A stretch of 64,000 bases of DNA from Lama guanicoe. Its lineage: Eukaryota. The notes beneath the pieces were generated by a model. The model saw nothing but the letters and a program-made list of their open reading frames with translations, did no database searches and was not told the DNA's origin. This document shows, piece after piece, positions 12,061 to 26,383 of the stretch. The stretch covers positions 7,398,174 to 7,462,173 of the forward strand of contig MU054001.1 of the NCBI GenBank assembly GCA_013239625.1. Direction: 5' to 3'. Both the position numbers and the translations under genes were made by a program. Position 1 is the first letter of the stretch, and every line of letters starts with the position of its first letter.

Positions 12061-13134
12061 AAGGAAGCAATAAAGAAAAACCTTCATGTATACACATGTC
12101 CTTCAGAGTCATTTCGGCTTATGATGCATCTTAGAAGTGAATGGGGCTTGGAAAGTTTGAAGCTCTTCTCCGTCCTTTACACTCACTCTTAGTACTAACA
12201 TATGTGCTAGTTAGAACACCTCATGAGAATATCTCAGTAGCAGTTCATTGCCCCAGCTCTTCCCTGGGGAACTCACCCCTCCCACATCATCTTCTCTGAA
12301 CCACTGCCTGGTCCTCCAGTTGCCTTATCATTTGCTTCACTTGGGCAACCACGACTCTCCACTGCTTCAGCTTACCTGTCATGTGGGGATGCCCTGAGAC
12401 CAGGAGCCCCCAAGGACAGGGGCTGAAACTTTATACCTGTATTCCCCAGGGCTCCTGTAGCTCCAGTCCTATGGGAGGAGTTTAGGAGATGCTGACAGAG
12501 AGGATGAACTGTCTTCAGTTGTCTGTAATTATATCACACGTGTTAGTCTGGTCACTCGAGGAAGACAAGAGCAAGGAGGCTGGAGGTCATTACTTTGTTT
12601 CTCCTTGTGTCTTCCTTGTGTCAAGCATGTAGTAAATGTTCAATAAATATTGACTGATTTTTTTCCTTTGTCAGGATTCACTGTATTTTGTCTTTCTCCC
12701 TCTACATGGAGACAGGTTTTCACAGAAATAGCTGGTAAGCTTGCTATAAACTCCATCATCAGGGTCTCTGGGCTTCTAGAGGAAGATTAAGTTGGGGAGG
12801 GAGGCCACTATCACAGGTGAATAAATACAGTGGCTCTATTTCCAAAACGTCTAAACCCTACCTTATAACACTCTGTCTGGGTAAAGAGTTTTGTGCCACT
12901 TTTGGGTGCATGAGGTAATTTTGGAGTGGCAGTCCAGGTGCCCAATAAACATTAGCCAGATGAGTACAGGAATGAATGACAAAAACTAAGATGAGCTGCA
13001 AAATTAAAAGCTTCTGTCTCAGATGTAAATAACATAAGAAAATCAATTCTGCCTGGAAAGAAATCTCATTTTCTAAAACTTTTCTGTAACATCAAAACTG
13101 TTCTTTTTTTAAATGACTCTTTAAAAGTAGTCTA

Positions 13135-13191
13135 GTTTTATTTTGGTGGGGGGGGATCATTAGGTAATTAGGCTTATTTATCTATCTATCA

Positions 13192-13254
<63 letters not shown>

Positions 13255-13339
13255 GTCTATCTATTTAATGGTGGTAATAGATATTGAACCTAGGACCTTA
13301 TGCATACTAGGCATGTGCTCTACCACTGAGCTCTACCCT
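13135..13339 (-). mobile_element. Camelid vic-1-type tRNA-derived SINE with an internal (ATAG)n expansion
   Basis: Minus strand reads AGGGTAGAGCTCAGTGGTAGAGCACATGCCTAGTATGCATAAGGTCCTAGGTTCAAT (Pol III A and B boxes). An A-rich spacer, CCTAATTACC, a C-run and an A tail follow. This is the vic-1 layout as I recall it. Confidence 0.85.
13180..13263. repeat. (ATCT)n tetranucleotide microsatellite
   Basis: About 20 near-perfect ATCT units, directly visible. Confidence 0.95.
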
Positions 13340-15772
13340 AAAAATTATCCTTCAAAGGAACTTTGAAACAATCTGATTCTCTCCTTTGATCTGAAATCTT
13401 GCTAGGAAGGCTTTAGAGGTTTCCATAAGATGCCAGAAGTGTCCGGGTCGCTTCTGTTATGATAGTACAGTCACGCCCTCAATGGTGACACATAGATGGG
13501 TGCCTGGGGTCGGTAGCCATCCTGTGTTAGAGCTTTCCTCACACCTGAGTGCCTCCATGCTCTGCACACTGTCGACCCGGAGCCACAGGAGCATCTCTTG
13601 TCCAGTATAATCCCTGCTTTAACTGAGTTGGGAAGAGAAACCTGTAAATAAATACCAGTTGAGAAGTTTGATGTTCTATCATAAGGGAATGCAAAGTAGA
13701 GTGGGCACCATGAAGGAAATGGCTAACTGCCTGTTTACAGTCAAGGAAGGCTTTGTAAGGGATACTTAAGCCTTGAGTGATGACTAGAAGAGGACAGTCA
13801 AGCTCATGGAGACATGACTGCAAAAACTGAGGTGTGTGGAACAGCGTGGTGCCGTGGAGCCTTTCTGGGAACAGCAGGTGTTCAGCAATGAAGGGAAGTG
13901 GGGTAATTCCATGTTGCCTTTAATCTGCTTTTCATCAAGTTTTTATAGTCTCTCCAGCACACAGCATCAAGCACACACATACACACAGAAATGAGCGCAA
14001 AAAGCACACACACGCACAGATGTGAGCACACAAACACACTTGTTGGCATTGATGTATAATACAATTTGTGTGCTTCTCATTGTCCACCAAAGTCTGTTCT
14101 GAAGGCTTGGACTCACCTACAAATGTGGGCACACACAAGGCTGGCATGTATTCCTTCTGGTAACTGTGTAACCGAAGGAAATAGAGTTGGATCTTGGTCC
14201 AGAGAAATATTGGGGAATATCTCAACAAATACAGCAGATATGTAATTCTTTGAATAATTTTGGGGGTTTTTGTTGTTGTTGTGTTAAATTTAACAATCTG
14301 CTCTCCTCCACATATTTGCATTGTATCAAGTAATGTAGCAACATCAGCTGCCAATCTCAGACTTTCCCAGCTACCTTGAAGACAGACAGGAGCCAACTCC
14401 ATCATCCCCTTTTTGGATCTAGTGATTACAAGAATCATCATATCACCCACTCTACCTGACCAATGTTCAGGGACCATTTTGAATGACAACTTTAGAGTTT
14501 TTCATATAAACTCACACCCTCAAAAATGATTTCAATTGTCAATATAACAGTATCAATCTACACATCACCTCAGTATCAAAATGCATAGTCAGAACTTCTT
14601 TTCCTCAGCCTTATTCTGGTAGGCTAGCTCCACACTGGCAAAGTCTAGACACAGTAAGTGGGGAGATGTCAGGGGGACCACACCAGCTGGGAGCCCTCTC
14701 AGTTGATGGGCTCTTTGTTCCTGCTCTGTGCTACCATTTTAGAGGTAATAATGCTTGCCTTGTTTAAATACCAGGCAATTACTTTTGTTTTCAGCAAACT
14801 CATGAGCAGAAAAGAGAATCACCATGGCCTGGAGAGAAGGCAGTGAGTCAAACATCAGGACTTAAGCCTAGTGGCAGGACACAAACAGAGACAGTGCCAC
14901 ACCACCAGAGGCCTCCCAACCACCCCTAGTCCCTGGACATCTGCTGTGTTCTCCATCCCCTCTAAGATGCCCAACTGGACTGCAAGGACCTGCTAAAAAT
15001 TTATATTCTAACTAAATTACAGACTTCTTCCCTTGAAAGTTAACTGAGTAGGGTTTGTTATCCAGTGACTAAACCATTATCACCTATTATTCCCTAGAAA
15101 TGAGAGGCCTCTGAGGGATGGAGAGAAGGTCCAATTGTCAGAGGGTGCCAGAATGGTCTGTAGGAAAATAAACCAAGATGGTCATAGGAGGGCAATGCCA
15201 ATAGGAGTTATGGGCTGATGTGCCTGAGACATACCTTGTACATTTCATAACTTTGCTTATTTCCAGGGATTTTATTAAAAAGCAGAAAATGGATTTCATC
15301 AATTTTTCTGAGCCTTCAGAAACTTCTTCCAGAGCAATTGGCTCATTTGAAAAGGTGAATCACAGTCTCCCAAAAGTATTTACAAATGAACTCCAGTGTA
15401 TGTAGGTGTCCTTGAAATAGAAAAAAAAAAAAAGAGGAGCAAGTCTGGGGTAGGGGCTGGTCACAGCACTGAGAGGAGTGCTGAGTAAACTTGACACCAG
15501 TGGGACAGTTGGTTCTGGCAGAGAGAGCCGGTGGTTCTAGCACAGCATCCCAGCCTGGATGCTCAAAGGGAACTGTTGGCATTTTTTCTCATGCCTCACA
15601 CTCACGAGTCTCACCTTCCCTCAAAGTCCAGCAGCCAGCATTTGCAGGATGGTGATTTATTTCAATGCTGCTTTTATTAATAGCTTCTCATATTTGGTCA
15701 AGTCAAATCATCTTGCTGTTGCCCAGAAAGTTAAGAAACAGTACAGGCAGTGAGCTATCTCATCAGGACATT

Positions 15773-15774
<2 letters not shown>

Positions 15775-15817
<43 letters not shown>

Positions 15818-15833
15818 ACATACACACATGCAC
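15775..15833. repeat. (CA)n microsatellite
   Basis: Directly visible CA run. Confidence 0.95.
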
Positions 15834-16999
15834 AGATTTAAAGCCAGCAGACTTTAAAATTTTTACTTTGCCCTTTAAAACACCTTCTGTGTTTCACTCA
15901 GAAATGTGTTTCAGTAGGCAGGTCTATTACCCCCACCCCCACTGCTTCTTCCATGTCTCTTAAGACTCAAAGTCACCTTCTCCACAATATATTTTATAAA
16001 AATCTTTTTCACCTCTTGGTGGGAGGCAGGGTAGGCGTGGTTTTTCATCTCTACAAGTCAATTTCCTTTCAATGTTTTGAAGATTTTTATATCTTTAATA
16101 GCATATTTTGAAGAAGAAAAGGATCTCTCAGTTTTTGGATAAGTACATTATACACACAAATACACACCAAATATTTTGGTGTCTGGAGGACAAAGCTATA
16201 TATTTATGATTGACAGGTCTTTTCAACACAACAGAGGGAAATCAGCTCGAGTTTTCCTGTCTTTGTGGATTGCTTTGCCTCAGGCTAAGCCCTTGGAGAG
16301 AAGCTCCCCAAAGTGGGATGATGCACTGGCCTATCTCCCTTACCACCCTCGCTCAGCTGACTTGTTCAGGAGACTGTGTCTGGACAGGGGACTAGAGTGT
16401 GTCCATTAGAAGTTACTCCCCACAGACACATAAAAGGATTTTTAAATTGAGTTGTGATCAAAGCCTCCTTTTCTTGCTCTTTATGAGACCCACGCCCGGA
16501 CTGAAGTGCCCCCCACCCACAGATGTGTGCACCTTATTAGGTGACTGTTAGTTATCTGTGCTCGTGGACGGTGGCAGCAGGGCTACAGGAGGACCCCCTT
16601 TGTTTTCTACACGGCTTTGGAAGAAATAGAATGAACATGGTTCTGAGACAACCAAGGTATTTTCTAAGTTACTTGTTCGAGCTTGGCCTGATAAGACCCC
16701 ATGTTATTAAAATGAGGTCACACAAAGCAGGGGTGACCAGCGATGGGATCTAGAGTCAGGCTGGGGTGAAGAGTTTCAAGCTCCATCACAAAGCTGATAT
16801 CAAGAAAAGAATTGATTTTGGGGAGATGCATTCTGTTCTTCTCAAGGCCATTTAAAAAAATTGTGGTAAAAGATACACAACAAAATGGACCTTTCTAGCT
16901 ATTTTAAGTGTAGACTTCAGTAGTAATAAGTGCATTCACATTGTCATACAACCAATCCCCAGAACTCTTCATCTTGAAAAACTGAAGCTCTGTACCCAT

Positions 17000-17540
17000 T
17001 AGCCTTTTAGCTATAAGAAACAGGAGACACTGGCACCTGCTAAAGCAATGAAGGAAATTTATAGGCTCAAAGGAATCCAAGGAAAGGTTGGGCAGTCAGC
17101 CACAGAAAGGCAGGAATGGACCTCGGGACCAGATGGAGGCCAGGCCTCAAATGCAACCAAACTCCTGTATCCTTGCTCCCTTCTACACCTCAGCTTCACT
17201 CCCGCTCTTTGCAAAGGGGAGACAGGTAAATGGCTGAGAAAGAGGCTACCAGCAGCTCCACATCAAGTTCACCCAGCAGAGAGACACTGGACTTCTGTGG
17301 TTCTAATATACATTCCTAGGGAAGAGGCTTATTGAATCAAGGACCAGAGACTCATTCCTGGACCAATCAGCCATGGCCAGGAAGGTAGGGACACTATCAT
17401 TGGCCCAGCTTAGTTCAGTTGCCCTCCTCTGACCAATCAGCTCTGGCTAGAGGAGGGGCACGTAAGATCAAGACAGAACCCATGGGTAAAGAGCTCAAGG
17501 AGTTCCCGGCAGAAAGGGCCAGTGATGCTGGGCAGGTAGA
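17000..17540 (-). mobile_element. Old MaLR LTR relic (MLT1-like)
   Basis: Contains TTAGCTATAAGAAACAG, repeated GACCAATCAGC, CATTGGCCCAGCTT and GATGCTGGGCAG motifs typical of minus-oriented MLT1. Confidence 0.45.
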
Positions 17541-20254
17541 GCAGAGGTATTTACCAGCATGCCGTTTGCTTCCTCTTCCTCCACCAGACGTCCACGTAGC
17601 CAGTGAGGCACTGTTTTGCTACTACCCACTCACTGCAATGAGTATTTCCAGGAAGCACCCCCTTCTCTAGAGCTTCCTTTTTCACTAGCAACAAGAGATA
17701 ATGACATAAACATCTGCATGTTCATCAGGCACACATATCCTCTCTCTGTCTCTCTGTCTTTCTCTCTCTCTGTCTCTTTCTCTGTCTCTCTCTCTCTCAC
17801 TTTCCAACATAAGATTATTCAAATGTGATTCTTCCCAATGGTGTTTTTATATTTTAAAAAAGAAGCAAAAGACCAAAAAATTTTAGAGGCCCACAGCCCC
17901 AGATTCACCTCGATGGAGAAATCCAAGGTACCTGGTCATGTGCTCTCCTGCCCTGAGCCAGCCAGCTATGCTGACTCCCTATTTGGAACAGACTTGGAGC
18001 TGCTGGCAAGGAGACAGAGGGAGATTTTCTCCTCATTCTTGTTCTTATCTTAATTCCTCAGTTTCATGACATTTAACCAGGAGGTCTCCATCTGTGTTAT
18101 TATATTGGTCAGATTATCTTGCCTTTAAAGAATTATCTAGGCATTTGGGCTGAGCAGATTTATAGGCAGGCAAACACTCTTTTTCCACAGCATATTATCT
18201 GAAGAGCAAAACTCAACTATGTCCTGAGAGGTTTACACCCCAGGCTGGCCAGGGCCATAAATCCACTGCAGCAGTGTCCTCACAGGGATCCCCAGAGAAA
18301 TTTACATGGTGTCCACATAAAGCTCTATTTAAACTAACAGCACTGGGCCAGGTCTGTCTCCATGTATTTAAAAGCTCCATATGAGTTTTCAAAGACATCT
18401 TGGGGTCTGCTGCTCAAAGTCTGAGTCTAAGGCTACTGAACACCATTCACAACTTTGAATAAAGTCAAAGAAATGTTTTTTAAGTGCTTATGGTATATTT
18501 CTGATCATAAGACATTTCTGCCTTGAATCACAGCATTGAGAATCACAGAGTTTTCTTTATTAATCAGGCTTACTAATAGCCAGTATAAAGGGAAAGTTAC
18601 TTATTGAGCACCTACTATGTGCCCACATTGCATAAGATTGTGCTCAGAAATGCATGATCTGTGATTTCCAACCTCAGGAGACTCACAGTCCACCACAGGG
18701 GAGCTGTGTCCATTTTCTTTTATGCTACTCAAGGAAACTTGATTTCCTTTGAATAAAAACCTTTCCTCTACTCTCAGATTGTGTGGGTTCTTAGCACTGC
18801 CCCTTCTTAAAGCTCACAGATGGTCACCTGACTCAAGGCCAAACATTTAGACTGTTTCATTCCTCTGATTGATTCATAAAAGAAAATATGACTCCAGACT
18901 AGCTCATCAGGCTAATTTCTGGGACTTTTACTAGAATTATGGAGTAAAAGCCTTTCTATTTATTCTTTAGCTGGTAAGATGATGTCTAGAGCATCTGGTG
19001 GTTATAGGCATCCCCATTTTACAGATGAGGGAACCAGACCACAGAGAAGGTAAGAAAATTGTGTAAGGTTATAGAGTCAGTTTGAGGAAGACCTGGGGTC
19101 CAAATTCAGACAGACTTCTTCTAGAATCCATGCTCTGCAAGGGTGCCTCACATACAGTCCAGATGGCTCTCATTCCCTGTCAACAAGGAACTCCTTACAC
19201 TCCCCATGGTTCCTTCTTCCAGGAGCAAGCCCCTTCCAGAACATTCATCCATAAGCAATGATCTCTGACTTTGTTACATACTGTGGGTTTGTAGGGCTGG
19301 TCTCTGGTGAAGGACCCAAGGACCAAAAAGACAGGAGCAAGATAAGGCAAATAGCCCACCAGAGTCTAGAAAAGGGATCCTGCCTTGGGCCTCTGGCCCT
19401 TTGAGAAATGTGATTCCCCAAAATAGTTTGTATACATTTGAAGGGTTGTACGTGACAATGTTCTGATTGCAAGTGACAGAATCATCCTGGTTCAAAAGAG
19501 GGGAGTACTAGTTCATGCTGCTCTGTTAAGAGCAAGGAAGTGGCCAGGTTAAGGGACAACTGGAACCAAGGATAAGACTTTTGTTTTTTGTTTTTTATCA
19601 TTTTTCTTGGCCTCTTTCTCTGTGTTAGTTACATTCTTTCTGATCTGTGGTAAACAACATGATTAAAATTGAGTCCCCTTTCACATTGAAAAGCCACGTC
19701 AGCTCCAGTTCAAAATTATCCCAGGGAAGAACTCCAATTGGCCTTGGGGTGTGGACCCACCCCTGTAGCCATGGAAGCACAGAACTGGGGTCAGCCTTTG
19801 TTATTACCAATTGATAAAGGGCAATATACTCAGAAAAAGGATGTGGGGCAGACAAAACGAAGATGATCTCAATAAAGAAACCAGTTGGACATTGGGCCTA
19901 AAGCTATGTCTAGAAAATAGAGAACTGAGGATCCTGTATGAATAATTCAAAGAAACACTTACCCTAGTTCTAGTTATCTAAATCATTCAAGGGAAATTCT
20001 TTGACCAAGATTACCCAGAATGTGGCCTCCAAATTTTTCCTCCTTTGCCAAAGAACTTATAGTACAGTGAAAATTACTTAGAAAACATAAAGAAGATATA
20101 GATTTCCTACTGGAAACATAGTGTTCTGTGAGCTTGAAGCTTCTTGTTTCTGCATCTTAAAAGAGAAATGATACATTCAATCACATTGGTCTTGTCTAGG
20201 TTGTCTGTATTCAATATTAACTGCACAAAGTCCTTAGGAAATACTCAAGCGGGC

Positions 20255-23200
20255 TTTTAATATTTTTTAATTTAATTTAATTTTATTTTATTAGTTGCAG
20301 GTATACAATACAGTCATTCAATATTTTTATAGGTTATACTTCATTTAAAGTTATATAAAATATTGACTACATTCCCTGTGCTGTATAATGTATCCTTGTT
20401 CCTTATTTATTTTATACATAGTTTGTAACTTTTAATCCCCTGTCCCTTTCTTACTCCTTCCCACTTCTGTCTCCCCAGTGGTAATCAGTAGTTTGTCCTT
20501 TATATCTGAAAGTCTGCTTCTTTTTTGTAATATTAGTTTGTTTCTTTCATTTTTAGATTCCACATGTAAGTGATAATATATAGTATTTGGCTTTCTCTGT
20601 GTGACTCATTTCACTAAGCATAATACCCTCGAGGTCTATCCATGTTGTTGCAAATGGCAAAATTTCATTCTTTTTTTATAGCTGAGTGATATTCCATTAT
20701 GTATATATACTACATCTTCTTTATACAGTAATCCATCTTCATATTCCGTTATGTATATATACTACATCTTCTTTATCCAAGTTAGGTGATGCTGATAAAC
20801 ACCTATCTTGGCTATAGTAAATAGTATTGCTATGAACATTGGGGTGCATGTATCTTTTTGAATTAATGTTTTTGTTTTCTTCAGATATATACCCAGGAGT
20901 CAAAATGCTGGATCATGTGGTGGTTCTATTTTTAGCTTTTTGAGAAACTTTCATACTGTTTTCCTTTGTTGGTTGTTCTCAAGAACGATGTCCTAGGGTT
21001 CCCTTTCTACACATTCTTCCCAAAATTAGCTATTTGTGGTCTTTTTGATGGCCATTATGACATGTGTGAAGTGATGTCCCACTGTGGTTTTGAATTGCAT
21101 TTCTCTGATGATTAGTGATGTTGAGCATCTTTTCATGTGTCTGTTGGCTACCTGTGTATCTCCTTTGGAAAAATGTCTATTCAGGTCCTCTGTCAATTTT
21201 TAGTCAGAGTGTTTTTTTTTTGTTACTGAGTTGTATGAGCTGTTTTTATATATTTTGGATATTAACCTCTTATTGGTCATATCATTTGCAAATATTTTCT
21301 CCCATTCTGTAGGTTGTCTTCATTCTGTCAGTGGTTTCCTTTGCTGTGCAAAACCATTTAATTTTAACTGGGTCCCCTTTGTTTATTTTTGCTTTTAGTT
21401 ATTTTGCCTTAGGAGAGAGATCCATGCTATGATTTATGCCAAAGAATGTTCTACTTATATTCTTTTCTAGGAGTTTTATTATTTCAGGTCTTACATTTAG
21501 GTATTTAACCATTTTTGAGCTTATTTTTGTATATGGTGTGAAGAAATGTTCTAATCTCATTGTTTTACATGTGACTGTCCAGTTTTCCTAGCACTGTTTT
21601 CTGAAGAGACTGACTTTATCCACACTGTATATTCTTGCCTCCTTTGCTGTAGATTGACTGTAGGTACATGGGCTTATTTCTGGGTTGTTCATCCTGTTCC
21701 ATTGATCTATGTGTCTGTTTTTGTGCCAGTACCATCCTGTTTTGATTACTGTGCTTTTGTACTATAGTCTGAAGTCAGGGAGCATGATACCTCCAGCTTT
21801 GTTCTTTTTTTCAAGATTATTTTGGCTATGTGGAGTCTTTTATATTTCCACATAAGTTTTATATTATTTTTTTCTAGTTCTGTGAACAATGTCACAGATA
21901 TTTTGATAGGGATTGCATTTAACCTGTTGATTGACTTGGATAGTATGGACATTTTAACAATATTAATTCTTCAAATCCATGAACATAGAACATCTTTCCA
22001 TTTGTTTGTGTTTTTTTCATTTTTTAAAAACCTGCATCTTATAGTTTTCCAAGTATATGTCTTTACCTCCTTACTCAGATTTATTTCTGGTTTTTTTTTT
22101 GATGAGATTGTAAATGGGATAGTTCCCTTAATTACTCTTTCTGATAGTTTGTTATTAGTGTTTAGAAATGTAATAGAATTCTGTGTATTAAATTAATATC
22201 CTGAAACGTTACCAAATTCATTGATGAGCTCTAGTAGTTTTTTGGTGGTGTCTTTTAAAATTTTATACATATAGTACGATGTCATCTGAACAGTGACAAT
22301 TTTACTTCTTTCTTTCCTATTTGGATTCCTTATATTATTTCATTCTCTTGTCTGATTGCTGTGGCTAGAACTTCCAATACTATGTTGAATAAAATTGGCA
22401 AGAGTGGGCATCCTTGTCTTATTCCTGATGTTAGAGGAAATGGTTTCAGCTTCTCATCATTGAGTATAAAGTTAGCTGTGGGCTTATTATAAATACCCTT
22501 TATTATTTTGAGATATGTCCTCTCTATACCCATAAATGTATGTTGAGGATTTTGTGAAAAGCTTTTTCTGCATCTGTTGAGATGATCACATGATTTTTAT
22601 CCTTCAGTTTGTTACTATGGAGTATCACACTGATTGCTATCCATTTCTGGGATAAAACCCACTTGACCATGGTGTATGATACTTTTATTACATTGTTGAA
22701 TTCAGTTTGCTAATATTTTTTTGAGAAGTTTTGCATCTATATTCATCAGTGACATTGTGCCATAATTTATTTTTTTTTGTGATATATTTTTCTGATTTTG
22801 GTAGGTGATGCTGGCCTTGTAGCACTCTGTCTCTGTAATTTTTCAGAATACTTTGAAAAGTGTCAACTATTCTCTAAATGTTTGGTAGAATTCACCTGTG
22901 AAGGCATCAGAACCTTGACTTTTGTTTCTTGGGAGGTATTTTTTTGTTACTAATATAACTTTATTACTGGTATTTGGTATATTCATATTTTTTATATCTC
23001 CCTGAGTCAGTCTAGGGAGGAAGAAATTATGTTTCTTAGAATTTGTCCATTTCTTCTAGGTTGTCCATTATATTGGCATATAATTGTTCATAGTAATTTC
23101 TTACGATCCTTTCTATTTCTGTGGTGTTGGTTGTAAGTTTACTTTTTTTCATTTCTGATTTTACTGATTTGGGCACTCTCTTTTTTTTCTTGAGATTAAA

Positions 23201-24150
23201 TAAAGGTTTATCCTTTTTTTTTACATTTTCAAAGAACTAGTTCTTAATTCCATCAATCTTTCTATTGTATTTTTTTTTAGTCTCTACTTCAACATTTCTT
23301 CTCTGAATTTTATAAATTGTTTTACTTCTACTAATTTGGAGTTTTGTTTGTTTTCCCTTTTCTAGTTGCTTTAGGTGTGAGGTAGTTTGCTTATTTCTGA
23401 TTTTTATTGTTTTCTGAGGTATGCTTATATTACTATAAACCTCCCCCTTAGAACTGCAGGTGCTACATCTTATAGATTTTGGATTGTTCTGTTTTTGTTT
23501 TTATTTGTCTCTAAGTATTTTTTTTTAATTCTTATTTGATTTTTTCAGTGATCCACTGGTTGTAGCATATTGTTTAGACTCACGTGTTTGTGTGCTTTTC
23601 ATTTTCTTGTTGTTGATTTCTTGTCTCATTTTGTTGTGGTTGGAAAAGATACTTGATAAATTTTCAATTTTCTTAAATTTACTAAGAGTTGTTTTGTGGC
23701 CTAGCATGTGATCTATCCTAGAAAAAATGTTCTTTGTGCACTTGAAAAGAATGTGTATTCTCCTGCTTTGGAATGAAATGTTCTATGTATATTTATTAAG
23801 TCAATCTGGTCTGATGTGTCATTAAAGGCCAATATTTCCTTACTGATTTTCTGTCTGGGTGATATATTCATTGATGTAAGTAATATATATGATTATTTTA
23901 ATTTGCTGATCTCTTTAGCTCAAATGCATTTTAACAATCCTGCATATTTACTCCATCTCCCCATGTTTTTGACATCATATTTTATATCTTATTTCAATAC
24001 TTATTATGGATATAGATGCTTTTACTACTTTGTCTTTTAACCTTTCTACCAGCTTCATATGTGGATGATTTACTACCTTTACTGTATATTTGCCTTTACC
24101 AATGAGATTTTTCCTTTTATAACATTGATGTTTCTAATCATGGCCTTAAA
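20255..24150 (-). mobile_element. Degenerate, internally deleted LINE-1 (3'UTR, most of ORF2, inter-ORF remnant)
   Basis: T-rich tail at 20255-20293. ORF2 remnants include [28 protein letters not shown] (22330-22533), NAIPIKI (21746-21952) and LGHKTTLSKFKKIE (23525-23707). Many stops and frameshifts. Confidence 0.92.
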
Positions 24151-24489
24151 TTGGCTTTTAAAGGTATCCTAATCTCCAGTTTAAGTCCCTTTCAATCTGC
24201 CCTCTGCCCAGATGCCAAGCTAATTTGCCTAAAAAACTACTTTGTTATGTTCTCCATAAATTCTTATTGCTCAAAACTACACAAGATGGAGTGTAAACCA
24301 ATCGCATCTCCAATAATTCCGTCTTGGGTTGCCTTCTCAATCCTGCAAAGCTTCATGCTAATTTTCACTCCTGATGTCCTCATCTCCTCCTTTCAACTTA
24401 CTCAAAACCTCTCTCATTCTTTAAACTTTTGTTTGATTTCCACTTTTGTAGAGAACTATCAAGTGTTACAGAATGTGCCAGTCAAAAAT

Positions 24490-24830
24490 GTACCCTTTGT
24501 TCTTTAATTTATTGCTTCCCTTTTCCTGTTCTGCTTTGTATGCAAGGAGCTGAGCCATGCAAATTCTGTGTCCAAGGCTCCCTTGTCAATGGCTTCTAGG
24601 TAGATTCATCCAATAGACGGTGAGACATTGTTGAGGAGTGGCATCTCTGGTAGTGACTAGCCTCCTTCATGGTCAGCCCTGGCTTCTGCTATTATTAATC
24701 TCTGGGCTGCCTCACCAACTCTGTTTGATTAACATCTTTGTACTTTTTTAATGAGTCCTCCATATTAAAGTCTCTTCATTTGGACACCTGATATGGATTT
24801 ATTTTTCCTGACTAGATCTTTTCTGAAACA
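24490..24830 (+). mobile_element. Possible old ERVL-type LTR relic
   Basis: AGGCTCCCTTGTCAATGGCTTCTAGGTAGATTCATCCAATAG and ATTAAAGTCTCTTC...TTCCTGACTAG resemble LTR33/LTR41-type elements. By eye only. Confidence 0.35.
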
Positions 24831-25019
24831 TTGTACTATCTCTTTAATCTCTCTTCTTTGATTTCACATATAGATATTGCATATATTGATTGTTTCAATA
24901 ACATTTCTCAATCTTCAAAAAAGTAGTATAGTTTGAACTATTTCAAATAGCACAAAATAATAAACAGGGGAGAGTTTATTTTCATTCTAGATTTCTAGCC
25001 CTTTGTTTAAAATACACCA

Positions 25020-26286
25020 TAGAGCATTATGGCATGTTAGGATGCTCCAGGCCCCCCATCCCCTACAGAAACAGTGAATTAACTACAAATATGGACCATA
25101 ATACCCCTGTGAGTACTCTAAAGAAAATTGGTAATCTACAGCACCCAGGCCAATGTAAAACCAAGAAAAAATTCCAGAGAAACATGTACAAAAATTTGTG
25201 GCATTTTGCATAACCATTGTTTCCCTTTCCTATACACAGCTTAGCAAGTCACCCTCCTCTGCCCCCAGTACCAGGGGTTCTTCTTTGGATCTGAAACAAA
25301 AGAAAGGACTGTGTATTCAACATTCTGACTTGTCTGGGGGCTGCCTGAGAGACTAGTTTTTGTTTTGCCTGTCTTGGGGTACTGATGAGACTGGTACCAT
25401 AGTTTGGAAGCTGCTGAAAAGATAAGCAAATATTATAGGACATTATAGCTGTAATTCTGCAGACAGACATCAAGGGGAGCAAAAGATTAGAAAAGGCTTG
25501 AAAGGTCCTATAGCCTGTAGCCAGGGTGATTGTGAAGTTCTTTCTCTAAAGAAAGCCAGTCCATGAAAACTGGGAGAGGTGGCTGCATATCCAAATGCCC
25601 AAATCTCAAGAAAGGTCACAAGGCATACAAAGAAACAGCAAGATACAGCTCAAACAAAGGAAACAAATAAAACCCCAGAAACAGACCCTAAAGAAATAAA
25701 GATCTGTAAGCTTCCTGTCAGAATTTAAAACGACAGTTTTAAAGATGCTCAATGAACTGAAAAATAAAACAAGTATATACCTAAATGAAATAATAAAATG
25801 ATATATAAATAAAATAAGAATATCAGCAAAGAGATAGAAACTATTAAGAAGAACCAAATAGAAATTATGGAGCTGAAAATTACAATAACTGAATTGAAGT
25901 TTTTCTAGAGAGGTTCAACAACACAATTGCTCAGCAGAAGAAAGAATCTATGAACTTGAAGATAGGTCACTGAAAATCAAAAAGAAAAAAGAAAAGTGAA
26001 GAGAGCCTAAGGGATTTATGAGATACTAGAAGGTAGAAAATATATATTCATTATGCCAGAAAGTAGATCAATGTATGCATTATGTAATCTCAGAAGAAGA
26101 GACAGAGAAAAGGGAAGAAATCTTGTTTGAAGAAACAATGGCTGAGAACTCCTCAAGTATGTGGAAATAATGACATACATTTTCAAGAAGCTTAAAGAAC
26201 TCCAAGTAGCTTGAAATAAAAAAGACCCAGTTAATGTGTTACATTCTAACCAAACTCTCAAAAGTCAACAACAAAGAGAGAATCTT
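25020..26286 (+). mobile_element. Old LINE-1 5'UTR plus ORF1 remnant, 3'-truncated
   Basis: A-rich ORF1-like sequence (AAAGATGCTCAATGAACTGA, GAAGAAAGAATCTATGAACTTGAAGATAGGTC, ATGGCTGAGAACTCC). It ends abruptly at CAAAGAGAGAATCTT. Confidence 0.8.
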
Positions 26287-26352
26287 TTAAAATTGGAGTA
26301 TAGTTGATTTACAATATTTTGTTAGATTCAAGTGTGCAATGAAGTGATTCAG

Positions 26353-26383
<31 letters not shown>

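Noticed and set aside
13265..13339. Functional tRNA gene
   Set aside because: The acceptor stem is not intact and the sequence continues into a SINE body and tail.
13935..14489. 184-aa minus-strand ORF
   Set aside because: No recognisable domain, and it runs through a TG-rich low-complexity tract. It is probably a chance ORF.
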